Origin: Methanothrix sp.
GTDB taxonomy: Archaea > Halobacteriota > Methanosarcinia > Methanotrichales > Methanotrichaceae
DNA length: 64,000 nt
Direction of reading: 5' to 3'
Assembly: GCA_963682135.1 (NCBI GenBank)
Contig: OY821645.1
Coordinates: forward strand, 256,001-320,000
The position numbers and the translations under genes are program-made. Below are positions 1-10,852 of the stretch, piece by piece (the stretch's first letter is position 1; each line of letters starts with the position of its first letter). The notes under the pieces were generated by a model. The model had not been told where the DNA came from, ran no database searches, and was given only the letters and a program-made list of their open reading frames with translations.

Positions 1-490
1 GGGTTTTGATATGCAAAAGTCTGCCCTTTTCTCTATCCTCTTTCGTGCCTATGCCGCAAGCATACTCCACGGGACTCTCGAACTTCCGGCAGGCCTCATC
101 CGGTCGGCACAGTCCAATGTCAGCTACTCCCAGGTCAGGGTAGCCTTTGCTATGCCGCTTCATAACCTTGCATTTGGGGCAATGCATCTTCAAGAACCAC
201 TCCTCAAAGATCCGCTCTTCTGTAGCCGCCACGCTCGACCAGATTCGTTTTGCCTCCTGGCGGCTGTATCCTGTCTGTCCCAGGAATGCTGCCAGAATGG
301 CGGCAGTTCTGTGCTTGCCCTTCTCGCCTGCTGCTTTTACCAATATGCCTTTGATGCAGGGCGCAAAGGCCTGCTCCTCTGCAGGCTCCTCTGCCGTCCA
401 GAGCATCTCCTCCCTTCGTTCAATGGCCTGAATGGATATTGGTATCTCCTTTCCCTCGGAGATAAGTTGGCGATGTCTATTGGAAGGCAT
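1..490 (-). CDS. Protein with a primase large subunit C-terminal (Fe-S)-like domain; partial, runs off the window start
   Basis: Not in the ORF track. Manual translation from ATG at 490: MPSNRHRQ...FAPCIKGIL...GKHRTAAILAAFLGQTGYS...MHCPKC...GLCRPDEACRKFESP. Open to base 1; begins 3 nt after the marker-14 stop. Confidence 0.7.
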   Translation of the reverse strand, partial: MPSNRHRQLISEGKEIPISIQAIERREEMLWTAEEPAEEQAFAPCIKGILVKAAGEKGKHRTAAILAAFLGQTGYSRQEAKRIWSSVAATEERIFEEWFLKMHCPKCKVMKRHSKGYPDLGVADIGLCRPDEACRKFESPVEYACGIGTKEDREKGRLLHIKT

Positions 491-493
491 CTT

Positions 494-2014
494 CTATACT
501 CTCTTGTGTCCTCCCACAAAATAAGCCTGTGTGTCCTTGTCCCCTCGCGTCTGCTGGGGCACGGGCGCCGCGCCCTTGGAAGACTCGTAGTCCATTCTTT
601 CCTTGAGGATGCATCTGCCGCCTCGCCTGCCTCCCAGCGGGTTCTTGGGAGTGCCCATTGAGTTCATGCAGCGCGCCATGACAGCCGCACCCCGCGCCAG
701 GCCGTCATCCACGAAGACCACGTTCTTCTCCACCTGATCGTACACCCCCAGTTTCTCGATCTCCTCCAAAATGAGGGCAGGCTTGCCGCCGCTTATCCCT
801 GCCCTGCCGGTCACTCCCAGAGCGGTATTTTTGGTAACGACTCCCTCCTCGATGCCCACCTGCACCAGCCTGCGGGCAACGCGGGCCATGGCAATATCCA
901 AAGTGCCGAAAAGGGTCTTCAAGTTGCGGGATTGGTAAATATCGGCGCCAATCTTGTTGAGCTTGGAAAGATCACTGCCGTTCACTCCCACATCGCAGCC
1001 GATGAGTACCACGTTATTCTGAGCTGCAGCCTGCGGGCAGACGGGCACTAGACCGTATTTAGTGCGGCTTGCCGGGACTTTCTCAATTGTCACCAGCTCA
1101 TCAATCTGATCGGCGTACTGATGCGCCTCTTTGCCATAATCTGGTTTGATATCGCCGTTAAAGATATCCAGTGTGGCTCCGGTCATCTTGTCCACCAGTC
1201 CGGTTCCCTGGACGACGGCATCGGGAATTGCACCCGCCAGTCCCAGAAGATTACCGATGGTGTAAGCGTAGGGAAGATCGCTGCTTGTCACCCTTCCGTC
1301 CAGTGTGGTGCCAAAGTCCATGGAGAGGCAGGGATTGCGAAAGTCCACATCCGTCCAGCGACTGCCTTCCTTTATGCCGGCAGTGGCAAGCTCTCCCTCC
1401 ATCTCGTTGGCTACGACTTCCACGCCTGTCGATCCTTGTGGTGGAAAACAAGAGGCTACGGCTCCCATGAAGATCACCTTCTCAATCATGGTGTACCGCT
1501 TGAACCTTTCCAGGATGTTGTGGATGCTCATGGCAGGGGTCATGAGCCGGGGCGGAACGCCTGCATCGAGGCAGCCCTTGGCCAGCGCCTGGATGAATGC
1601 GCCCACCTGATCCGGCGAGTCCAATTCGGCCACCACGCCCGTAGAGCGTACCACGAAGTGCAGGTCGGTCTTGATATCCAGCCGGGCTCTCTCGTGACTC
1701 TCAATGAGGGTATTTTTTACCAGCTCGGCAATTGATTCTCTGGTTAGAGGCGTGCCGTTGATGGTATGGGCAAATGTCTCCTCTCCAGCTTTGGGCCTTC
1801 GCACGTCTCTGGTCATCTTCACAGTCTTATTGACGATGTAGGTCTTGCCGGTGTTCATGTCCGTAGCGGTAAGAACGCATTTGGTGGTGGTATTGCCCAC
1901 CTCTACCGAGGCCACGATGTAAAATGGTTTGGTTCGAAGATCAAGATAATTGAAGGGCGGGCTGCTGGCAATGCGAGGCGATGGTTTTGACTTGAAGAGT
2001 CGAGCGAAGTTCAT
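494..2014 (-). CDS. Methanogenesis marker protein 14
   Basis: VASVEVGNTTTKC, FVVRSTGVVA, MDFGTTLDG and FVDDGLARGAAVMARCMNS motifs (actin-like ATPase fold). Confidence 0.9.
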   Translation of the reverse strand: MNFARLFKSKPSPRIASSPPFNYLDLRTKPFYIVASVEVGNTTTKCVLTATDMNTGKTYIVNKTVKMTRDVRRPKAGEETFAHTINGTPLTRESIAELVKNTLIESHERARLDIKTDLHFVVRSTGVVAELDSPDQVGAFIQALAKGCLDAGVPPRLMTPAMSIHNILERFKRYTMIEKVIFMGAVASCFPPQGSTGVEVVANEMEGELATAGIKEGSRWTDVDFRNPCLSMDFGTTLDGRVTSSDLPYAYTIGNLLGLAGAIPDAVVQGTGLVDKMTGATLDIFNGDIKPDYGKEAHQYADQIDELVTIEKVPASRTKYGLVPVCPQAAAQNNVVLIGCDVGVNGSDLSKLNKIGADIYQSRNLKTLFGTLDIAMARVARRLVQVGIEEGVVTKNTALGVTGRAGISGGKPALILEEIEKLGVYDQVEKNVVFVDDGLARGAAVMARCMNSMGTPKNPLGGRRGGRCILKERMDYESSKGAAPVPQQTRGDKDTQAYFVGGHKRV

Positions 2015-2214
2015 GGTGAGAGGAAAAGGAAGAGGTGAGATTAAAGCTTTGGGTGGGACGATTCCTGCAAGGCATCGGATTGAGACGGGGCGAATAATCC
2101 GTGCAATCCTACATAGCCTTTATATAGATTCATCTCCATTTAATAATTGAGTATTTTCTGTTCGCGCATTTAGTCTACAGAAATTTATCCATTATCAATT
2201 AAGGTGAAAAGAGC

Positions 2215-2400
2215 ATGGATCAAGATGTCACGGATCAAAAGAGCACGGATCAGCCAACTATAGATCAGACGAAAAAGAAAAAAAATGAATTGGCAAATAA
2301 GTCGGGACGCATGGCCATACTGGAAGAGGATAAAGCAAGAGAGGCTCGCAGGTGGCAGCGCAAAAGAGAGACGATCAAACGATTCGCAGGGACGAAATAG
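2215..2400 (+). CDS. Small basic hypothetical protein
   Basis: 61-aa ORF preceded by an AAGGTGA RBS-like sequence in an otherwise intergenic region. Confidence 0.5.
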   Translation: MDQDVTDQKSTDQPTIDQTKKKKNELANKSGRMAILEEDKAREARRWQRKRETIKRFAGTK

Positions 2401-2668
2401 TATTGCATTAGCTTTCTTTTCATAGAATTATCCGCAATAGACTATCGCAATTGTCTATTTCTATTGCGAATAGAATAGGATGAACGGCGATCCGAGGCAA
2501 AATACTATTTTTGTTCTCCCTCCTTTACCCGGATCTCCCTCTACTCATACTGACAAGGATAACAAAAGAAATATATATCAGATGTACATAGGTAGTGTTA
2601 GGTGATGGGGCCTCTGTACCGATCAAGACTAGTGTCCCTTCAAAGACGCCTTATCACCCTATTCACCT

Positions 2669-3646
2669 CTAATCCTTCAGCCCTTCCATAGTCACGGAGA
2701 AGACCGCCTCGCCGTCCGGCAGATTGGGCGAGTCCACCAGTCTGGCAATTCGTTTTTCGCCCTTGGACTTGCGCAGGTACAACCTGAAGGTGGACGTATG
2801 CCCCAGCACATGCCCGCCCACAGGCTTGGTGGGATCGCCAAAGAAGGTATCCGGCTTGCTCATGACCTGATTGGTCACCAGAATCAGGGCATTGTTCAGA
2901 TCGCCAAAGCGCATCAGATCGTGCAGATGCTTGTTCAGCTTCTGCTGGCGGTTGGCGAGAGTGCCGCGCCCCACATACTCTGCCCGGAAGTGGGCGGTTA
3001 CCGAGTCCACGATGATCAGGCGCACAGGATATTCCGACTCCCTCGCCTTTTCCGCCAACTCCATGGCGTTCTCCGCCAGAAGGATCTGGTGATTGGAGTT
3101 GAAGGCTCTGGCCACGCTGATGTTTTTTAAGAAATCAGCCGGATCGCGGTCCAGGCCGTCCGGTGCGGGGGGCAGGCCCTTCACCATCTGAGCGATGCGC
3201 TCCGGTCGGAAGGTGTTCTCCGTGTCGATAATAATAACCGAACCGTGCAGGCCGCCATTTTCCGTTGGCAGTTGCACGTTTATGGCCATCTGATGGGCCA
3301 CCTGTGTCTTGCCCGAGCCGAATTCGCCGTACAGCTCCACTATGGACTGAGTCTCCATACCCCCGCCCAATAGCTCATTGAAGCTCTTGCTGCCGGTGGT
3401 GATCTTGCCCACCAGGCGCCTGCGCTCCAAGATTCGGTCGCCCGTCTCAAAGCCGCCCACATCCGCAGCTTCCCGGGCCCCGGCAATGATCTTGGCAGCT
3501 GTGGCTTCTCCTACTTCTGCTGCGGCCACCAGCTCTCCAGGAGAGGCAACAGCTATAGCTTCCACGGAGCCAAAGCCGGCCTCGCGCAGCTTTTCCGCAG
3601 TGGCCGGACCCACACCCGGCAGATCTTCCAGTAATTTTGTCGGCAT
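2669..3646 (-). CDS. radA: DNA repair and recombination protein RadA
   Basis: N-terminal HhH ([15 protein letters not shown]), Walker [36 protein letters not shown]. Confidence 0.97.
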   Translation of the reverse strand: MPTKLLEDLPGVGPATAEKLREAGFGSVEAIAVASPGELVAAAEVGEATAAKIIAGAREAADVGGFETGDRILERRRLVGKITTGSKSFNELLGGGMETQSIVELYGEFGSGKTQVAHQMAINVQLPTENGGLHGSVIIIDTENTFRPERIAQMVKGLPPAPDGLDRDPADFLKNISVARAFNSNHQILLAENAMELAEKARESEYPVRLIIVDSVTAHFRAEYVGRGTLANRQQKLNKHLHDLMRFGDLNNALILVTNQVMSKPDTFFGDPTKPVGGHVLGHTSTFRLYLRKSKGEKRIARLVDSPNLPDGEAVFSVTMEGLKD

Positions 3647-3704
3647 CTTTCCCAGTTCCTCAGAATCTTCCTCAAAGAGAATTCACAGATCTTCTTTAAC
3701 AACG

Positions 3705-4820
3705 TTATCCAGGCGGAGCGAAAGTAATCCGGGTGCGCCATCCGCAGGACAGCTCCAGTTCCTCGTTCCAGCCGCTCTTGGCCAGGGCATCTATAATCTC
3801 TGCTTTGTAGCCCAGATCCAGGGTACGCAGTAGATCGACATGCTCAGCCCAAAGAACCACTTTGATGCGACCCGTATCGTCTGAGATGTAGATATTGGCA
3901 ACTCGTCCCGCCTTTCCGTCATCTCTTTGAAACTCTCGCACCTCTCCCAGACCCGTCACAAAGCCAGAGACGCTGGCGATCATGCCCGGTTTGAGATCGG
4001 CGATTTGCGTCATCTTCTCGGAGAACTGCACAATTTCGCAGCTCTTCTTAATTGTGCTGTAGCTACCCGTCTGAATCTCCAGCGATCCATACCTCTCACG
4101 GCATGAACCGTTCATGACCTCGATCGTCTCACCCTTCTCGAGCGGCATGGCGGCCTGCAGATCCCAGAGGGTAAGCCTGATCTTGCCAGTCTCATCTCCC
4201 AAGAGCACTGAACGCACTTGCCCCTGTCCTCCGTCTTTACGAAGGAACTGCCTGATCTCGCCCGGATCCACAACTGTGCCCACAAGGCTGACATCGCTCA
4301 TGTCTGCTTTGATCTCAGCAATTTTGTGGAGCGCAGTCCTGGGGGATATGTCCAGTTCCACCTCCTCGATGCCCCCGCCTCTGCCTAAGGTAACCTCAGT
4401 CCCGGTGTAGCCCTCTTTGGCCAGACCCCTAACTTTGAGGCACTGTCCCTCTTTCAAATCTCCGGAGCGGACCAGCTCTACTGTCTCGTCCCAGAGAGCC
4501 ACGCGCACAGATCCTGTCTCATCAGCCAGTGTTAAGTTGGCAACCCGTCCCATGGATCCGTCAGAGCGAGGAAACTCGCGTATCTCTGAGACGGCGATCA
4601 CCCGGCCCGTGAAAATAACATTTCCCGTCTCCGGTCGGATGCTGCCAATCTTGGTCAGCACCTCGGATGCACCCAGGTCCCGGGCCACGAGCATTGCCGC
4701 CGTCCTGCCATCGCATAGGCCCGCCATGAGGGCTACCTTCTCATCCACTCTTGCCTGAAAATCCTCCGGAGTTATCTGATCTGCCAACTGGCGGTAGATC
4801 TCCTCTACTTGCTCGTCCAT
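3705..4820 (-). CDS. rpa: Replication protein A (three OB folds)
   Basis: Three repeats of REF.R.DG..G.V....DETG.IR..LW; adjacent to radA. Confidence 0.9.
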   Translation of the reverse strand: MDEQVEEIYRQLADQITPEDFQARVDEKVALMAGLCDGRTAAMLVARDLGASEVLTKIGSIRPETGNVIFTGRVIAVSEIREFPRSDGSMGRVANLTLADETGSVRVALWDETVELVRSGDLKEGQCLKVRGLAKEGYTGTEVTLGRGGGIEEVELDISPRTALHKIAEIKADMSDVSLVGTVVDPGEIRQFLRKDGGQGQVRSVLLGDETGKIRLTLWDLQAAMPLEKGETIEVMNGSCRERYGSLEIQTGSYSTIKKSCEIVQFSEKMTQIADLKPGMIASVSGFVTGLGEVREFQRDDGKAGRVANIYISDDTGRIKVVLWAEHVDLLRTLDLGYKAEIIDALAKSGWNEELELSCGWRTRITFAPPG

Positions 4821-4826
4821 TCCCGA

Positions 4827-6560
4827 TCATCCATGAACTCTATAGCGCTCTTCCAGGTACTTCAGATAGGGAGCATGGCAGGAAGCCAGGAAGGCGTTAC
4901 AGACCTCTGCCGGATCTCCGTCCGCCGCAATAGCTCCGTTATCAATGAGCATGGCCCGGTGGGAGATCTCCTTAACGAAATCAACATGGTGGCTGACCAG
5001 GATTATGGTGGTGCCAAGCTCTGCATTGATCTTCTTGATGGCGTTAGAGACCTCACGCATAGTGATGGGGTCGATGTCTCCGAAAGGCTCGTCCAGAATC
5101 AGGATCTTGGGCCTGGCTGCCAGGATAATTGCTAAAGATGCTCTTACCAGCTCTCCGCCGCTCAATTGCTCGGGCAGCTTCCACATGGCTTCTCGATCAA
5201 GAGATATCAGATCAAAAATAGGCTCAGCATACTTACGGGCCTCTGTTGTCGGAAAACGGGGGAACAGATCTTTGAAGATATCTCTGGTCAGTCCCAGTGA
5301 CTCGAGAGCGGCTTTAGCGTCCTCTTCCGACATATCAGTCATGGCATAAATGACATCAAGCACCTTGTCGCTTATGCCCAGCTCCTCGGCCACAGCCCGG
5401 GCATGATCAATAACATCATTGCCCTTGATGCCCATTTTGTAGGCAATCTGATCAAGAATGGTCTCTCCGGCATAGAGAGCAAACTCCTGATACATGATAC
5501 CTAAAGACCGGCGCACATTCATTCTGCCGGGCGAGTAGGTGACCATGTCCACCCACTTATCACCATAGCGATAGCACACACTGCCTTCATCCGGCAGCCT
5601 CACGCCCTGCATGATCTTGAGAAGTGTGGTCTTTCCCCCGCCACTGTTGCCTATGATGGATGTGATCTCGCTCTCGTTTATGTCGAAGTTAAGATTCTCC
5701 ATTTTAAGGACATTAAGAACCTCTCCTGTGCAAATCTGGCAGCCTCTCTTAGATAAACCTCTCACTTTAATGAGTGGCTGGGCATTGGGCCAGGATGCCA
5801 TAGGCACCATTTTTCCAATACCGTCCAGAAATCGGTCCAGGATCTCTCCCGGCTTTCCATCGGCAATGATCTTTCCTTTCTCCAGCCAAATCAGCCTATG
5901 TGCCAGATATTCATGAATCTCGGGCAGATGTGATACTACGATTATGGTCAGATCCAGCTCCTTGTTCACGTTCTTGATGGCATCCAGCACCTCTTGCTTG
6001 GTGGCCGGACAGGCCATGGTGGCCGGTTCATCCAGCAGCAATATTTTAGGTTTTTTGGCCAGTTGCCTGGCAATAAGAAGCCTCTGCTTCTCACCGCCGC
6101 TGAGGATGGTAGCCAGATGTTGTGCTTTTTCGCCCAGGCCCACCAACCGCAGATAGTACATGGCCTCCTGGTACAGCTCATCATAGTCCTCGTCCTCGGG
6201 AATAGGCAAAGCCTCATAGCCGGTTTTCCTGGCTTTAACTCTTCGCACCACGTTTTTAAGAGCAGTCTCCGTCCAGAGTGCGAAGTCTCTTTGCAGGTGT
6301 ATGGCAGTAACTGCCAACTGCTCCCTCTTCACCTCGTCGCTGGAATCTGGTGTGATGGTCAAGTCATCCAGGATTATCCTTCCGGAATCAAAGTTCTCCA
6401 TGCCTCTCAGGATCTTCATGAGAGTGCTCTTGCCACCACCGCTCTTTCCCACCAATCCCAAAATCTCACCTGGTCTGGTGGTGAAGCTGACATTTTCAAG
6501 GGCCACAACATCTCTGTCCTTCACCCTGTATGTCTTGGACAGATTTTCTATCTGGAGCAA
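4827..6560 (-). CDS. Duplicated ABC-type ATPase, AtwA (MCR component A2)-like family
   Basis: Two Walker A motifs ([16 protein letters not shown]), LSGGE signatures, [12 protein letters not shown]; no TM segments or permease neighbour. Confidence 0.75.
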   Translation of the reverse strand: MLQIENLSKTYRVKDRDVVALENVSFTTRPGEILGLVGKSGGGKSTLMKILRGMENFDSGRIILDDLTITPDSSDEVKREQLAVTAIHLQRDFALWTETALKNVVRRVKARKTGYEALPIPEDEDYDELYQEAMYYLRLVGLGEKAQHLATILSGGEKQRLLIARQLAKKPKILLLDEPATMACPATKQEVLDAIKNVNKELDLTIIVVSHLPEIHEYLAHRLIWLEKGKIIADGKPGEILDRFLDGIGKMVPMASWPNAQPLIKVRGLSKRGCQICTGEVLNVLKMENLNFDINESEITSIIGNSGGGKTTLLKIMQGVRLPDEGSVCYRYGDKWVDMVTYSPGRMNVRRSLGIMYQEFALYAGETILDQIAYKMGIKGNDVIDHARAVAEELGISDKVLDVIYAMTDMSEEDAKAALESLGLTRDIFKDLFPRFPTTEARKYAEPIFDLISLDREAMWKLPEQLSGGELVRASLAIILAARPKILILDEPFGDIDPITMREVSNAIKKINAELGTTIILVSHHVDFVKEISHRAMLIDNGAIAADGDPAEVCNAFLASCHAPYLKYLEERYRVHG

Positions 6561-6572
6561 AATAAAAACCTC

Positions 6573-8591
6573 CTACCTTACCTTAGTTCCCGTTTCCACA
6601 AATTCACGAGGCCGGAGCAGCACTGCCTTGCCGTCTGCATCTGCAGCCAGGAGCATGGCTTGCGACTCCACACCAAAGAGCTTGGTCGGCTTGAGATTGG
6701 TCAAGACTACCACCTGCGTGCCAACCAGCTCTTCAACTGAGTAAGCCTCCGCAATGCCTGCCACTACCTGACGAATCTCGCCTCCGATATCGACCTGAAG
6801 CTTGATCAGCTTCTTTGAGCCCTTAATGGGGCCCGCCTCCTTAATTTCCCCGATACGCAGGTCTAATGATCCAAACTCCTCAAAAGAGATCTCACCCTTC
6901 TTAACGTCTGCTTTTTTCTCCGCTTTCCCCTTTGCTTCAGCTTTTTCTATCCTTTCTCGAAATATGGTGTCAAGCTCTTTGACGAATGATTCTTCCATAC
7001 GTGAGAAGAGGATCTGAGGAGTGCCCAGCCGGCCATCCTCCGCCAGGGGAACCATAGCCTCCTGGAAGGATTTTTCTGCCACTGAATCCACCAGGCCCAG
7101 CTGCTTCCAGGCAGCCTCCATCTTTGTGGGCATTACCGGCTGCATGAGGATGACCAGAGCTTTGGCAATCTGCAGACAGCTTCTCAGCACGGCGCCGGCG
7201 GCTGCCTTATCACTCTTCACCAGCTTCCAGGGTTCATGACTCTGGAAGTAGATATTGCCGTAGTCCGCTAAAGTCATCACGCTGTCTATGGCCTTCTTGA
7301 ACTCGTACTCTTCCAGGTCTGCTACAACTTCGTTTAAGGTCTGGCTTATCCTGGCCATGACCTCTGGGTCAATTTCGCCTCGCGGAACGCTGCCCTCATA
7401 GTTCTTCACTGTGAATGTCAGAGCACGGTTTATGAAGTTTCCAAGCGCCCCCACCAGCTCGGTGTTTACCTTGTCGGCAAAGATCTTCCAGGCGAAGTTG
7501 ACCTCCTTGTTGTGAGCTGTGTAACTGGCCAGATAGTAGCGCAGCAGATCGGGATGAAGGCCCTTTTCCAGATAATCGTCTTTGACCCAGATGACATTGC
7601 CCCTTGATTTAGAAAATTTCTTGTCGTCTATCTTTAGCATGCCGCTGGCTACTACCGCCGATGGTAGGGTGTAGCCGGCTCCTTTGAGCATGGCCGGCCA
7701 GAAGATGCAGTGATGGTAGACGATATCCCCGCCGATGAAGTGTACGATCTTGGCCTCATTCTTCCAATAGGCCTGCCAGTCCAGGCCCTTCTTGGCGCAC
7801 CACTCCTCGGTGAAGGCAATGTAGCCGATGGGTGCATCCACCCAGACGTAGACCACCAGATCATCATGTCCTGGGAACTTGACACCCCAAGTCATATTGC
7901 GGGTGATGCACCAATCCTTCAGCTCCTGGCGCACCCACTCCATAGCATAATTGCGAGCCGATGCTGTCCCTCCCAAAGTCTCAAGATAGGAGAGCAGAAA
8001 ATCCTTGAACTGGGAGAGCTTGAAGAAATAATGGATTTGCTTTCTGTACTCAGCCTTCCCGCCGCATACCTTGCAGACTGCGTTTTTTATCTCCCCTGGC
8101 TCCAGATGGCGCCCGCATCCCATATCGCACTCGTCACCGCGAGCGGGCTTTCCGCAGTAGGGGCACTCTCCTTCCACATATCTATCCGGCAGGAAGCGCT
8201 CGCATTTGGGACAGAAGGCCAGCTCGATCTCTTTGGAATAGACGTGGCCACCATCCATGAGGACCTGTACCATCTCTTGCGTGCGATTGTGACAGGCAGG
8301 ATCGTCAGTGTCCCCGAAGAAGTCAAAATCGACGCCCATACCTTTGAAGACCTCGTCAAAATGCTGGTGGTATCTGGCGACAAGTGCTTTGGGCGTCATT
8401 CCCAGGCCTTCAGCATTGACCACGATGGGAGTTCCGTGGGCGTCCGAGCCACATACGAAGAGGACATCTTTGCCCATCTTCTTCAATCCTCGAACAAAGA
8501 TGTCCGCAGGTACATAAGTTCTTAAATGGCCCAAATGACAGGGCCCATTGGCATAGGGCAGGCCGCAGGTAACAAGGATAGGCGATGACAA
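6573..8591 (-). CDS. metG: Methionine-tRNA ligase
   Basis: [12 protein letters not shown] (HIGH), KFSKS, Zn knuckle, C-terminal tRNA-binding OB domain. Start placed at TTG 8591 rather than 8711. Confidence 0.95.
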   Translation of the reverse strand: MSSPILVTCGLPYANGPCHLGHLRTYVPADIFVRGLKKMGKDVLFVCGSDAHGTPIVVNAEGLGMTPKALVARYHQHFDEVFKGMGVDFDFFGDTDDPACHNRTQEMVQVLMDGGHVYSKEIELAFCPKCERFLPDRYVEGECPYCGKPARGDECDMGCGRHLEPGEIKNAVCKVCGGKAEYRKQIHYFFKLSQFKDFLLSYLETLGGTASARNYAMEWVRQELKDWCITRNMTWGVKFPGHDDLVVYVWVDAPIGYIAFTEEWCAKKGLDWQAYWKNEAKIVHFIGGDIVYHHCIFWPAMLKGAGYTLPSAVVASGMLKIDDKKFSKSRGNVIWVKDDYLEKGLHPDLLRYYLASYTAHNKEVNFAWKIFADKVNTELVGALGNFINRALTFTVKNYEGSVPRGEIDPEVMARISQTLNEVVADLEEYEFKKAIDSVMTLADYGNIYFQSHEPWKLVKSDKAAAGAVLRSCLQIAKALVILMQPVMPTKMEAAWKQLGLVDSVAEKSFQEAMVPLAEDGRLGTPQILFSRMEESFVKELDTIFRERIEKAEAKGKAEKKADVKKGEISFEEFGSLDLRIGEIKEAGPIKGSKKLIKLQVDIGGEIRQVVAGIAEAYSVEELVGTQVVVLTNLKPTKLFGVESQAMLLAADADGKAVLLRPREFVETGTKVR

Positions 8592-8732
8592 TCTAGAACA
8601 CCGCTTCTGCTTATGATGAAACAGGCAGATATAGGTTTCCCAGCCTGAGCGGTCTCGTCGTTTCCTGGATAAAATGTATATAATTGAATGGCACATAGAA
8701 ATTCGAGACAATAGATAAACGGGGGTATTCAG

Positions 8733-9746
8733 ATGAGATTAATTGTTATAGCCCTTCTGCTGGTCTTGGCCTTGGGAATGGCCCAGGCCGTGCCGCTGCA
8801 GGGCAGCGATGGAAACGCGACTGTTGTGCTCTTCGGAGCCAGCCGGACGCCAACGGATGATGAGAACGCCACTCACGAAATCTTAAAGGTTGATGTCGGC
8901 CTAATGGGTGTCGAGAATGCCACATATCAACTGGTGGATGCGGATAATAATATCTACCCGGCCGGCTTGTACAAGCAGCTCTCTTCCGGAAAACAGACAA
9001 TCTGGTTCCTCACCAGCAACGATCGCCTCTTCAAACTCATCAATGTGACGCCAAATGGGGGCGCGCCCATTTACATCAACTGGTGGGCAACACCCAAAGG
9101 CAGCAACAATAACTTGATTGTAAGGTATTATGGAATCACCGACTGGCTGGTCAATTCCGATGAGCAAGGGATAGTAGTTCAGGTCCGCGTGCAGAATAAC
9201 GGGACCAAAGACCTCATTGTCAGTCCTGAAAACTTCACACTCTTGGACCAGTGGGGCTGGCCCTATCATCCTACCCTTGGCTTTGATCCGGAAACCGTCG
9301 GTCCGCAAAATGCCACCTCAGATCGTGTCAAGTTGGGCTTCACCGGAATCTCGCTTATTAGTCGTCCTGCCGCACTGGCTTATGACTATTTGATGCCGGA
9401 CCAGATTTTAATAGAGTTCGATCGAGACTATGTGCCTCTCTCGGATGAGACGGTCTACGGTGCCAATGCCACAAAGAGCGCTGCTCCTGCCCAGCCACTG
9501 CCAACCGTCGCACTGCCTGCCGCGGATCAGACCGTACCTGATCAGACCGCCGCAAGCGAGGCCGTGCAGGCTTCAGCCAAAGAGAATACAACCACTAAGA
9601 TCGGCTCCATAAAAGAAAGAGTAGCCGCCAGCAAGGCGCGGCTCGCGGCCACCAAGGAGAGTCTAGACAAGAAGACGCCGGACGCGAGCGACAACTCCAG
9701 CATATCAAGCAACGCTTCAAATAGCACATCGAGCATTTCCGCCTGA
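8733..9746 (+). CDS. Secreted/surface protein with DUF4352-like Ig-fold domain
   Basis: Signal peptide, many N-x-S/T sequons, VRVQNNGTK...[12 protein letters not shown] motif. Confidence 0.65.
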   Translation: MRLIVIALLLVLALGMAQAVPLQGSDGNATVVLFGASRTPTDDENATHEILKVDVGLMGVENATYQLVDADNNIYPAGLYKQLSSGKQTIWFLTSNDRLFKLINVTPNGGAPIYINWWATPKGSNNNLIVRYYGITDWLVNSDEQGIVVQVRVQNNGTKDLIVSPENFTLLDQWGWPYHPTLGFDPETVGPQNATSDRVKLGFTGISLISRPAALAYDYLMPDQILIEFDRDYVPLSDETVYGANATKSAAPAQPLPTVALPAADQTVPDQTAASEAVQASAKENTTTKIGSIKERVAASKARLAATKESLDKKTPDASDNSSISSNASNSTSSISA

Positions 9747-9901
9747 AGTCCTGATAAGCAGCTCTTGGGGGTGATTGCCTGCTGCCCCAAGAGCCTAGGT
9801 CATTTCTTTTTGATAAGCCAAGATTTATGAATAACATCTGTCCATTCGATGCATAGACCCAAAGAAAAGCACCCAAAGGAATATATCATAACATTGGAGG
9901 T

Positions 9902-10840
9902 ATGTTATCGATGAGATGGCTGGCTCTGGCACTGTTCATGATCCTATTACCGGGAATCGCCCAAGATTATCCTCTGCAAATAAGCAACGGCGTCGTCAAC
10001 TGCACCATCTTCGGCTCCTTCAAGGACCCCGGGTTTACGGGGACCACTTATTCCGACTCATATTCCGTCCTGGTTGTAGACGCACGCCTGACCAGATTAA
10101 ACGAAAGCGATAAAGAGACGATTAATGCTGCCTATAGCCTCACCGATGGAAACGACCGGGTTTTTCAGTCCAGTGCTCTCAATATAAAAGAGTTACAACC
10201 AGGCCGCCGGTTGATTGGTTTTGTCGTCCCCAAGGAGACAATAGCCAAGAGCCTGACCATAGATTTGTCTAAGGATAAAAGGGGAGGAGAGCAGTTTTCA
10301 CTTCGTTTTCCTGAGCTGGTCAACATCAGCAACGCAAATGTGACCTTGCTCTATTATGGAGTGCTCCGGTCCAGTGTATACTCCAATAAGAAGACGATCG
10401 AATTGGATGTGGCGATAACCAATAACGGCACAAAAAAGCTTGTACTTGATGCCGATAACTTTACATTGAAGGACCAGTGGGGCTGGAAGTATGAGAGCAA
10501 AGAGTATGATAGCTATGGAAAGAAGGGCATGTCTCAAAAGGTGCTTGTGCAAAATGAGACCATTAGATCCGGCTTGATATTCAATTCGGTCTCGCCGCTG
10601 AGCAGACCGGTGGAACTGGTCTATAGATATTCCAATAACAGCTATATGACAATGAATATAGACCTCGAGGCAGGTCTTGTCTCTGCCGTCCCGGAGAAGG
10701 TTTGCAGTGATTGTGAGAGCCCGGCGGACTCCGCCTCTAACCTGGCCGGTTCCATTAAAGCCACCAAAGCTCGTCTGGCAAAAGTCAAGAAGATTAACAG
10801 CACATCAGAGAGCGCTCAAAAAGGGAGAGATGAGCTCTGA
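9902..10840 (+). CDS. Secreted/surface protein, paralog of the upstream gene
   Basis: Signal peptide; shares YPLQ/VPLQ N-terminus, NNGTK...NFTL.DQWGW.Y, S..SRP..L.Y and KARLA motifs; GGAGG RBS. Confidence 0.65.
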   Translation: MLSMRWLALALFMILLPGIAQDYPLQISNGVVNCTIFGSFKDPGFTGTTYSDSYSVLVVDARLTRLNESDKETINAAYSLTDGNDRVFQSSALNIKELQPGRRLIGFVVPKETIAKSLTIDLSKDKRGGEQFSLRFPELVNISNANVTLLYYGVLRSSVYSNKKTIELDVAITNNGTKKLVLDADNFTLKDQWGWKYESKEYDSYGKKGMSQKVLVQNETIRSGLIFNSVSPLSRPVELVYRYSNNSYMTMNIDLEAGLVSAVPEKVCSDCESPADSASNLAGSIKATKARLAKVKKINSTSESAQKGRDEL

Positions 10841-10852
10841 GAATATGATGAG

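Noticed and set aside
11-661. 216-aa + strand ORF
   Set aside because: Antisense to marker 14 and the PriL-like gene, which have recognisable motifs.
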